Assembly: GCA_017461775.1 (NCBI GenBank)
Contig: JAFTXD010000156.1
Coordinates: 21,088 to 85,087, forward strand
Direction of reading: 5' to 3'
DNA length: 64,000 nucleotides
From: Lachnospiraceae bacterium
GTDB lineage: Bacteria; Bacillota; Clostridia; Lachnospirales; Lachnospiraceae
In this document: in pieces, positions 26,945 to 34,748 of the stretch
How the letters are laid out: each line of letters starts with the position of its first letter
How positions within the stretch are numbered: the first letter of the stretch is position 1
Made by a program: the position numbers and the translations under genes
Notes under the pieces: model-generated
What the model saw: only the letters and a program-made list of their open reading frames with translations
Database searches by the model: none
Told to the model about the DNA's origin: nothing

Positions 26945-27997
26945 ATGGAAAATCAACCAAAAGAGCATAAGCGTCGCGTGCGGTATTCGGGCACGCATCC
27001 TAAAAAATACAGTGAAAAATACAAGGAGCACAATCCGGAAAAGTATGGTGACACCATCTCTAAGGTTATCAGTAAGGGCAGTACCCCTGCGGGAATGCAT
27101 ATTTCCATCATGGTGCAGGAGATTCTGGACTTTTTGCAGATTCGGCCGGGACAGATTGGGCTGGATGCCACACTGGGCTACGGCGGACACACCAAGGAGA
27201 TGCTGAAGTGCTTACAAGGTAGTGGGCATATTTATGGTCTGGATGTGGACCCTATTGAGTCGGTAAAAACCAAGGAGCGTCTGGCAAGTCAGGGCTTTGG
27301 AGAGGATATTTTGACGGTGCGTTTGCAGAATTTTGCAGACATTGATCAGGTGGTGAAGGATACCGGAAAGAAGCTTGATTTTGTGCTGGCGGATTTGGGG
27401 GTATCTTCTATGCAGATTGATAATCCGGAGCGAGGCTTTACCTATAAGTTTGAGGGCCCTTTGGATTTGCGCCTGAATCCCCAAAAGGGCATCAGTGCGG
27501 CAGAGCGCCTTAGAGGTATTTCCAAGGAAGAGCTGCGGGGTATGCTGGAGGAAAATGCGGACGAGCCCTATGCAGAGAAAATCGCGGAAAAGATTGTGAC
27601 GAACGCGAAACGCGGCAAGAAAATTGAGACCACCACACAGCTTAAGGAGGCTATCGAGGAGGCTCTTGTGTTCATCCCGGAGAAGGAGCGTAAGGAAGCG
27701 GTGAAAAAGTCCTGTCAGAGAGTCTTCCAGGCTCTTAGAATCGATGTGAACAATGAGTATGAGGTGCTCTACGCTTTCCTGGAAAAGCTCCCGGATGTGC
27801 TGGCACCCGGTGGCAGGGTAGCTATTCTTACCTTCCACTCCGGCGAGGACAGATTGGTGAAAAAATTTTTCAAGGAGCAGAAAAAGGCGGGACTTTACAG
27901 CGATGTGGCAGCGGATGTGATTCGCCCCTCTGCGGAGGAGTGTAACCGCAATCCCAGAGCCCGTTCGACCAAGATGCGCTGGGCGGTGAAGGCATGA
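26945..27997 (+). CDS. RsmH/MraW-family SAM methyltransferase with basic N-terminal extension
   Basis: DATLGYGGH, DLGVSSMQID, GPLDLR, FQALRIDVN, TFHSGEDR and NPRARS motifs. Confidence 0.85.
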   Translation: MENQPKEHKRRVRYSGTHPKKYSEKYKEHNPEKYGDTISKVISKGSTPAGMHISIMVQEILDFLQIRPGQIGLDATLGYGGHTKEMLKCLQGSGHIYGLDVDPIESVKTKERLASQGFGEDILTVRLQNFADIDQVVKDTGKKLDFVLADLGVSSMQIDNPERGFTYKFEGPLDLRLNPQKGISAAERLRGISKEELRGMLEENADEPYAEKIAEKIVTNAKRGKKIETTTQLKEAIEEALVFIPEKERKEAVKKSCQRVFQALRIDVNNEYEVLYAFLEKLPDVLAPGGRVAILTFHSGEDRLVKKFFKEQKKAGLYSDVAADVIRPSAEECNRNPRARSTKMRWAVKA

Positions 27998-28758
27998 GAT
28001 TCAGAGTGAATGTGCCGAGGAAAGTCTGCATGATAATGCTTATCATACTTCTGGGCGTAATTATTATAATAGGTGGCATTTTACTTAAAATAGTAAAGCT
28101 TAGTACTTGGCTGGCCGGAGGATGTGAGGTGCATGGTGTAGATGTCTCCCATTATCAAGGAGATATTGACTGGGTGGTTCTGCAAAATCAGGATATGGAC
28201 TTTGCTTATATAAAGGCTACCGAAGGAAGTAGCTCTGTGGATGAAGCGTTTGCGGAAAACTGGGAAGAAGCAGCGCAGACTTCTTTGAAGATCGGAGCAT
28301 ATCATTTTTTTAGCTTTGACAGTGAAGGAGAGACGCAAGCGGAGAATTATATTCAGACAGTTGGGACATTGGAAGGAAAACTTATCCCCGTGGTAGACGT
28401 TGAGTATTACGGAGATAAGATGGAGAATCCACCGGCGAAAGAGCAGGTGATTTTAGAATTGACGGATATGCTACAGGTGCTTGAGCAGGAGTATGGTGTA
28501 AAACCTATGATTTATACCACCTATGCGGTGTATTATAAGTACTTGGATGGGGAGTTTTCAGACTATCCTCTGTGGATTCGGGACGTATATTTGACACCGG
28601 AGCTTCTTCTAAACCGCCAATGGACACTTTGGCAGTATTCCGACACAGCGATACTGGATGGATATGCGGGGGTAGAGAGATATATTGATAAAAATGTGTT
28701 TGCGGGAAACAGAGAGGCTTTAGATAAGCTTCTTTTATCTCAAAATGATTTGAAATAA
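27994..28758 (+). CDS. GH25 lysozyme/muramidase, membrane-anchored
   Basis: GVDVSHYQG, IKATEG, GAYHFF, DVE and WQYS motifs. Confidence 0.9.
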   Translation: MRFRVNVPRKVCMIMLIILLGVIIIIGGILLKIVKLSTWLAGGCEVHGVDVSHYQGDIDWVVLQNQDMDFAYIKATEGSSSVDEAFAENWEEAAQTSLKIGAYHFFSFDSEGETQAENYIQTVGTLEGKLIPVVDVEYYGDKMENPPAKEQVILELTDMLQVLEQEYGVKPMIYTTYAVYYKYLDGEFSDYPLWIRDVYLTPELLLNRQWTLWQYSDTAILDGYAGVERYIDKNVFAGNREALDKLLLSQNDLK

Positions 28759-28860
28759 TTATAATATATTCAGAATGCATAGATAAATACAGTAGTGAAA
28801 GAAGAAACGGATTCTGATATAATAAAAGAAAGTTAGAAACCATGGAAAGGAGAGTGTGGT

Positions 28861-29085
28861 ATGGCGAAAGAAGATGTAAATATGTTGAATTATATTGTGA
28901 TTTGTATCAGTGAATTTGCGAGTAGATATAAAATGCATATGAGAGATGCATATATTTATTTGAATCGAAACAAAGGGATTGAGTTCTTAAAGGAATTTTA
29001 TGATGTAGAGCATACACTCTCATTTGATGATGTATTGGATGATCTTGCTGCAATATGCAGAAAAAACGGAGGTACAGTTAATTGA
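28861..29085 (+). CDS. DUF3791-like small protein
   Basis: CISEFA...AYIYL...GIEFLKEFYDVEHTLS pattern. Confidence 0.75.
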   Translation: MAKEDVNMLNYIVICISEFASRYKMHMRDAYIYLNRNKGIEFLKEFYDVEHTLSFDDVLDDLAAICRKNGGTVN

Positions 29086-29615
29086 AGCTTTTTCATGGTT
29101 CAAATATGGAAATCGATACTGTAGATTTGGCCAAATGTATGCCTAATAAAGATTTTGGTTGTGGATTTTATACTACTTTATTGGAAGAGCAGGCATGGAG
29201 AATGGCACAGCGCAGAACACGAATCGCGGGTGGCAGACCTACGGTAATTGTATATGAAGTGCCGGACAATTTAGTGGAGATAGACGAATTAAATTGCAGA
29301 GTTTTTGAGGATAAACCAACTATTGAATGGGCTATCTTCATTAGGAATAATCGAGATAGAGAGTTTTCGGATTATGCAAGTTTGGAATGCAATCTTGATT
29401 GCAAGTATGATGTGGTTGTAGGTCCGGTAGCTGATGATACGGTGGGGCTTTTGATTCGGCAGTTCAGCAGGGGGACAATTGATGCGGAATATATGAAGAG
29501 AGAATTTGATTTTGGTAGATTAACGAATCAATATACGTTTCATACGGAGAAGGCTTTGAAATATCTAAAAAAGGTAGGTGTGTTGCATGACGAACGGGCA
29601 ACAGGAAATGATTGA
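29082..29615 (+). CDS. DUF3990 family protein (putative ADP-ribosyltransferase-like fold)
   Basis: LFHGSN, KDFGCGFYTT, YDVVVGPVADD and QYTFHTEKA motifs. Confidence 0.82.
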   Translation: MKLFHGSNMEIDTVDLAKCMPNKDFGCGFYTTLLEEQAWRMAQRRTRIAGGRPTVIVYEVPDNLVEIDELNCRVFEDKPTIEWAIFIRNNRDREFSDYASLECNLDCKYDVVVGPVADDTVGLLIRQFSRGTIDAEYMKREFDFGRLTNQYTFHTEKALKYLKKVGVLHDERATGND

Positions 29616-29799
29616 ATACACCACACAAGAAGTGGTTCGGTATCTCATAGAAGATAAGGGAATTTCTATGGAGCAGGCATTGGAGCTCTTTTTTATGTCA
29701 GAGGTTTTTGAAAAGCTAAACGATATAGAAACTGGCTTGTATTTAGAAGGCTCTGCATATATATACGAAATGTTAAAAAGAGAGATTATGTACAAGTAG
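29587..29799 (+). CDS. Second small DUF3791-like protein
   Basis: ISMEQALELFFMSEVFEKLNDIETGLYLEGSAYIYEML; overlaps the DUF3990 3' end. Confidence 0.72.
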   Translation: MTNGQQEMIEYTTQEVVRYLIEDKGISMEQALELFFMSEVFEKLNDIETGLYLEGSAYIYEMLKREIMYK

Positions 29800-29836
29800 T
29801 CGGACATTCATCCGGCTACTTTTCTTTTGCCAAAAT

Positions 29837-31690
29837 CTATATATCTACAATCACCCCATATTTCTCCATCCAGTAGTTGATCTGGAGAAGGTATGCCAGC
29901 AGCTGGGGGCCTGCCATGAGCTGACCGTAGAATGGTCTGCCATAATCGGAAGGGCACTGGATGAAGGCCTTTACCTTCTGCAAATCCACCAACTGATTTA
30001 ATGGAGAGATGGGATTGGCTAGTACACGCAGCAGCTCTTTCCGAAGAAGTCCTTCATAAGCCGGGTCATAGGTCTTGGGGTAAGGACTCTTTTTGCGGAA
30101 AAGTACCTCATCGGGCAGTAGTCCTCTGGAAGCTTCCCTGAGAAGTCCCTTTACCACGCCATCTTTGCACTTCATATGCCATGGTACATTCCAGAGATAT
30201 TCTACAATACGGTGGTCTGCAAAGGGAACACGGGCTTCCAAGCCTACATGCATGCTGGTTCTGTCCATGCGGTCAAGTAAGGTCTGCATGAACCATTTCA
30301 GATTCAGGTAAGAGATTTCTCTGCGCCGCTTTTCTTCCGCAGATTCGCCGGGTAATATAGGAGTTTCTGCAATGGTTTTGTGGTAAGCTGCTCTCGCATA
30401 TTCCTCCAGAGGCAGCTTCCCCAGCACATCGTCCCTTAAGAGCATGGTTCTGGGGGAAAAATCCATGGACCAGGGGAAACAGTCGGCTTCGAAGCATTCC
30501 TTTTTATGAAACCAGGGATAACCGCCGAAGATTTCGTCCGCACATTCTCCGGTCAGAGTTACCTTGTTTTGGTGAGATACCTTTTCGCAGAAGTAGAGCA
30601 TGGAGGCTTCCACATCCGCCATACAGGGCAGATCTCTGGCATCTACTGCAGTAAATAAATACTGATACAAATCCGTGTTGCAGCATTCCAGATAGTGGTG
30701 GTTGGAGCCGGTGTATTCTACCATTTTATCCACCCATGGGCGATCCTGTGAGGGCTGGAAGGTGTTGCTCTTAAAGTTGATATCGTTGTCCTTAAAGTCA
30801 AAGGAGTAGGTATCCAGCTGTTTGCCTTGTTTTTGGAGTTCCCTGCTGCATACGCTGGTTACCAGGCTACTGTCGATACCGCCGGATAAGAAGGTACAGA
30901 TGGGCACGTCAGAAAGCATCTGGAGCTTAATGGCGTCCGTCACCAGATAGCGGGTTTTCTCCACTGTTTGCGCCCAGGAATCCTCATGAGGAGCACTTTC
31001 CAGCTTCCAGTAGGTTCTTGTTTGAAGGATGCCATCGTGGAATTCCAGAAACTCACCCGGCAGCAACTCTGAAATATCTTTAAATACACCCTTTCCATAG
31101 GTTTTAGCAGGGCCAAGTCCCAGAACCTCACAGAAGCCCTCCCTATCCACAATGGGCTTTACTCCCGGAAAAGAAAGAATTCCCTTCAGCTCGGAAGAGA
31201 AGATTAAGGTGCCCTGTTTCATCGTGTAAAATAAGGGCTTCACACCCAGACGGTCACGGCCAAGGTATAATTTATCCAGTGTTTCATCCCAGATACCGAT
31301 GGAGAAGATACCATTCAGCTCTTTCACATAATCAATGCCATGAACCAGATAACCCAGCAGGATTATTTCTGTATCACAGGTGGTCTGAAAATGGATGCCC
31401 TGTGTCTCCAGCTCTTTGCGCAGAGCGGGCATATTGTAGATTTCGCCGTTAAAGACGATGGTAGCCCGGTGGTTTCCCAGTTGTCTGGTCATGGGCTGCT
31501 GTCCCAGCGCCAAATCCAGGATGGATAAGCGCACATGTGCCAGGCCACAGTGTCTGGTCAGATATACATTTTCTTCGTCAGGGCCCCTGTGCCTTTGTTC
31601 TTTATTCATCTTTTGCAGCACGGAATACCATTTGCCGGCATCCTCCGTATAATTCATAGAAAAGGTACTAAAACCTGCAATTCCGCACAT
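29837..31690 (-). CDS. asnB: Asparagine synthase (glutamine-hydrolyzing), AsnO-like
   Basis: MCGIAG N-terminal nucleophile; HRGPD, LSGGIDSS, GECADEIFGGY and EARVPF motifs. Confidence 0.93.
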   Translation of the reverse strand: MCGIAGFSTFSMNYTEDAGKWYSVLQKMNKEQRHRGPDEENVYLTRHCGLAHVRLSILDLALGQQPMTRQLGNHRATIVFNGEIYNMPALRKELETQGIHFQTTCDTEIILLGYLVHGIDYVKELNGIFSIGIWDETLDKLYLGRDRLGVKPLFYTMKQGTLIFSSELKGILSFPGVKPIVDREGFCEVLGLGPAKTYGKGVFKDISELLPGEFLEFHDGILQTRTYWKLESAPHEDSWAQTVEKTRYLVTDAIKLQMLSDVPICTFLSGGIDSSLVTSVCSRELQKQGKQLDTYSFDFKDNDINFKSNTFQPSQDRPWVDKMVEYTGSNHHYLECCNTDLYQYLFTAVDARDLPCMADVEASMLYFCEKVSHQNKVTLTGECADEIFGGYPWFHKKECFEADCFPWSMDFSPRTMLLRDDVLGKLPLEEYARAAYHKTIAETPILPGESAEEKRRREISYLNLKWFMQTLLDRMDRTSMHVGLEARVPFADHRIVEYLWNVPWHMKCKDGVVKGLLREASRGLLPDEVLFRKKSPYPKTYDPAYEGLLRKELLRVLANPISPLNQLVDLQKVKAFIQCPSDYGRPFYGQLMAGPQLLAYLLQINYWMEKYGVIVDI

Positions 31691-31717
31691 TTTTATTCCC
31701 TTCCTCCTTTCAAAGAT

Positions 31718-32314
31718 TTATTCCTTGCTTTGGTAGGATAAAAGAATGGGCTGGTATTGCTTATTATCCAGTGCCAGCTCCAAAGTGGGCTGCAGCCGGT
31801 CTAAATGAGCTACCAGAGAGTTTGGCTTCTTTATACAATCATCTTGCCCAAAAGGCACGAAATATATATTCTTAGCATTCAGTAAAAGTCCGATATTTTT
31901 CATATTCATACCAAGGCCATCATTGGTGGAAATGGAGATGACCAGAGGCTTATTATTCCGAAGGTGAGCTTTGGCTGCCATCAGCACCGGGGTATCCGTG
32001 ATTCCGTTTGCCAGCTTGGCAGCAGTATTACCGGTACAGGGCAAAATCATCAGAATATCCAGATAGGCGCTGGGGCCGATGGGTTCGGCGCCTTCAATGC
32101 AGAGGATGGGCTTTCTGCCTGTGATGGCTTCGATTTTCTCCAGATACATTTCAGGACTTCCGAACCGGCAGTGGATGGTCTGGGAAGCATTTGAAAGAAT
32201 GGGATAAAGCTCTGCGCCTAAGTCAGCCAGCTTTTGCAATTCCTGAAATGTTTTCTCAAAGGTACAGAAGGAGCCGGTCAGGGCTACGCCGATTTTCTTT
32301 CCTTTTAATTCCAT
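31718..32314 (-). CDS. spoVFB: Dipicolinate synthase subunit B
   Basis: TGSFCT, AEPIGP, PCTGNT and PFGQDD..KKPNSL motifs. Confidence 0.95.
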   Translation of the reverse strand: MELKGKKIGVALTGSFCTFEKTFQELQKLADLGAELYPILSNASQTIHCRFGSPEMYLEKIEAITGRKPILCIEGAEPIGPSAYLDILMILPCTGNTAAKLANGITDTPVLMAAKAHLRNNKPLVISISTNDGLGMNMKNIGLLLNAKNIYFVPFGQDDCIKKPNSLVAHLDRLQPTLELALDNKQYQPILLSYQSKE

Positions 32315-32328
32315 GGGGGGATTCCTTT

Positions 32329-33186
32329 CTACAGTTTATTTAAAACGAAATCTGCCAGATTTTCTGCGCAGCTTAAGGATGCGTATTTTCCGGGCAGGCC
32401 GGGACAGAATAGAACCTTTCTCTGCAGGCCTTCAGCGGCGTTATAGTCCACACCCACACGGTTGGAGGCGATATCAATAACCAGAGAATCGGCCTTCATG
32501 TTTCGCAGGGGGAGTTCGGTAAGTACAGTAGCGGGGATGGTATTGAAGATATATTCGAAGTGCCTTATACTCTTTGGCAGCTTGGAAAGGGGCATCACCT
32601 GGAAGCCAAGGGCCTGAGCAGTTGCAAGCTCCTGTGCCTGTTCAGAGCAGACGGTGACCTGTGCAGAGAGACCTTTTAGCTTATCTGCCAGGACTCTGCC
32701 GCAGCGTCCGTAGCCCAGTACCAAGGTTTTGCTCTGATGAAGATGGGTATCTTTGTGGAGGAGAGCTTCTAAAATAGCACCCTCCGCTGTGGCGATAGCA
32801 TTATAGATTGCCAGTGGTTCATCCAGCATAAAATCGTAACAGCCGATTCCGCGCTTCTCGCAGCCTCGCCGAAAATCTTCGGAGATGACACCGCCAAATA
32901 TCTTATGCATTTTCCGTAGCATACGCTGCAGCTCTGTAAGTGGGACATGGATGCTTTTATCTGCGAAGTACAGGGCATCGTTCTGGGCGAAGGGGATGCC
33001 ACAGATGATGACGGGAGCCTTGGAGACAGCCTCCTGCAGGGTTTGGGCATAGTGAATTTTCTCATGGGAGGGAGCTTCTGCAGTGCCGTAGCAGACAACC
33101 TCATAGCCCCGAAGAGCAAACACCTGCGCCATGCCCGCGGTGCGCTTATCTCCGCCCACGATGGCAAAATCAAATTTTTTCATCAT
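32329..33186 (-). CDS. spoVFA: Dipicolinate synthase subunit A
   Basis: GGDKR, NAIATAEGAI, LGYGRCG, IDIAS and PGLPGK motifs; adjacent to subunit B. Confidence 0.9.
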   Translation of the reverse strand: MMKKFDFAIVGGDKRTAGMAQVFALRGYEVVCYGTAEAPSHEKIHYAQTLQEAVSKAPVIICGIPFAQNDALYFADKSIHVPLTELQRMLRKMHKIFGGVISEDFRRGCEKRGIGCYDFMLDEPLAIYNAIATAEGAILEALLHKDTHLHQSKTLVLGYGRCGRVLADKLKGLSAQVTVCSEQAQELATAQALGFQVMPLSKLPKSIRHFEYIFNTIPATVLTELPLRNMKADSLVIDIASNRVGVDYNAAEGLQRKVLFCPGLPGKYASLSCAENLADFVLNKL

Positions 33187-33234
33187 TTTAAGCCAAGCCT
33201 TTCTGAAATTGTAAGTGGATTTATACTCACCTTT

Positions 33235-33265
33235 TAAGGTATGCGGCAGAGATGGGCAGGGTGCT
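33235..33265 (-). promoter_or_regulatory. sigma-K-like sporulation promoter of the dpaAB operon
   Basis: Minus strand GCACC-16 bp-CATACCTTA matches the sigma-K consensus (CAC..N16..CATAnnnT). Confidence 0.6.
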
Positions 33266-33285
33266 TTGTCCTGCTAATATGTTAC

Positions 33286-33400
33286 TTGACAAAAGCGCTT
33301 TGGATTGCTATACTGACGTTGATAGTAAGCGAAGAACGCTTGATCCACGTTTGTTAGGGAAAATTTCCTTGATAAACGTGGGTCAGGCGTTCTTTTTATT
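33286..33400 (+). promoter_or_regulatory. hisD promoter and 30-bp leader hairpin/terminator
   Basis: TTGACA(33286)-17 bp-TATACT(33309) with TG extension; stem 33332-33361 / 33365-33394 followed by T-tract. Confidence 0.75.
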
Positions 33401-33420
33401 TATTTAAAAAGGAGGACAAT

Positions 33421-34707
33421 ATGGTTACCATCAGCAAATTCAGTTACGACAATCCAAGATTCATCAATCTCCTAAAAAGGAGAAGCAGCATTCCGGCGGA
33501 GGTAGAGACTATCGTAAAGGAGGTGCTTAAGAACGTAAGGGAGCAGGGAGATAAGGCCCTGTACGATTACATGAAGCGATTTGATAACGTGGATATTAAG
33601 GAAATCGGGCTTTTCGTATCCGAGGAGGAATTCACAAGGGCAAAGGAAATGGTTTCGGAGGAATTCAAGGAAGCTGTGAAGAGAGCCTGTGACAATTTGT
33701 TCCGTTTTCACAGACGGCAGCTGCCGAAGGGCTTCACGGAGGAGTATGAGAATGGCGCGGTGCTGGAGCGTCGCTATACGGCGGTAAATAGCGTGGCAGT
33801 TACGGTACCTGGGAATATGGCGCCGCTGATTTCCACTCTGTGCATGAATCTGGTGCCGGCCATTGTGGCGGGAGTTCCCAACATCTACATATTGACCAAG
33901 CCCAGAGCGGACGGTACCATTGATGAACACTTATTATATGTGGCGGACTATCTGGGAGTGAAGAATTACTATAAGCTGTCCGGTTCCCAGGGGCTGGCAG
34001 CTGTGGCCTATGGAACGGAGACGGTGAAGAAGGTGGATGCCATCACCGGACCGGGCAACAACTACACCCAGATGGCGAAGAAGCTTTTGTTTGGTGAAGT
34101 AAAAATTGATTCCATTGCAGGGCCTTCGGAGATTGCCATTATTGCAGATGAGAAGGCGAATCCCACCTTCATTGCGGCGGATATGATGTCTCAGGCGGAG
34201 CACGGAACCGGCTTTGAGGCCAGCGCCACATTCTGCTTATCTGAGGCCCGGGCGCAGGAGATTAAGGCGGAAATTAACCGCCTCTGTCAGGAAAACGATC
34301 TTGTGAAAGCTACCGGAAAATCCTTTGAAAACTATGGGGATATCTTCGTGGTGGATTCTATACAGGAAGCAGTGAATGCAGTAAACGAGCTTGCCCCGGA
34401 GCATGCGGAGCTGCTACTGGAAGATTGCGAAGATGCCTTAAATCAGCTTACTAATGCAGGCGCAGTGTTTGTGGGAGAATACAGCACCGAACCGGTGGGA
34501 GATTATTTCTGCGGTACCAATCACATCCTTCCCACATGTGGAACCGCAAGATTCTCCTCCGGGATGTCCGTGCAGGAATTCATGCGGGGCTATAGTGTCA
34601 TCCGTTACCCGGAAAAGGCATTGAAAGAAAATGCAGACTACATCGTGGAGCTGGCAGAAGCGGAAGGCATGAGAGCGCACGCACTGGCGGTGAAAGTGAG
34701 AAAATAA
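33421..34707 (+). CDS. hisD: Histidinol dehydrogenase family protein (stand-alone)
   Basis: GPGNNY, AGPSEI, SQAEHG, APEH, GDY..GTNHILPT motifs. Confidence 0.85.
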   Translation: MVTISKFSYDNPRFINLLKRRSSIPAEVETIVKEVLKNVREQGDKALYDYMKRFDNVDIKEIGLFVSEEEFTRAKEMVSEEFKEAVKRACDNLFRFHRRQLPKGFTEEYENGAVLERRYTAVNSVAVTVPGNMAPLISTLCMNLVPAIVAGVPNIYILTKPRADGTIDEHLLYVADYLGVKNYYKLSGSQGLAAVAYGTETVKKVDAITGPGNNYTQMAKKLLFGEVKIDSIAGPSEIAIIADEKANPTFIAADMMSQAEHGTGFEASATFCLSEARAQEIKAEINRLCQENDLVKATGKSFENYGDIFVVDSIQEAVNAVNELAPEHAELLLEDCEDALNQLTNAGAVFVGEYSTEPVGDYFCGTNHILPTCGTARFSSGMSVQEFMRGYSVIRYPEKALKENADYIVELAEAEGMRAHALAVKVRK

Positions 34708-34711
34708 AGAA

Positions 34712-34740
34712 AACCGGGCTGTTTTATAGGCAGCCCGGTC
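34712..34740. terminator. Terminator between convergent genes
   Basis: ACCGGGCTG-TTTTATAGG-CAGCCCGGT. Confidence 0.7.
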
Positions 34741-34748
34741 AAGATATT

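Noticed and set aside
27994-28758. GH25 as a phage endolysin
   Set aside because: Has an N-terminal membrane anchor, is coupled to the RsmH-like gene, and has no holin or phage neighbours
33315-33420. T-box or histidine leader peptide before hisD
   Set aside because: Leader is only about 100 nt, with no T-box motif and no His-codon uORF
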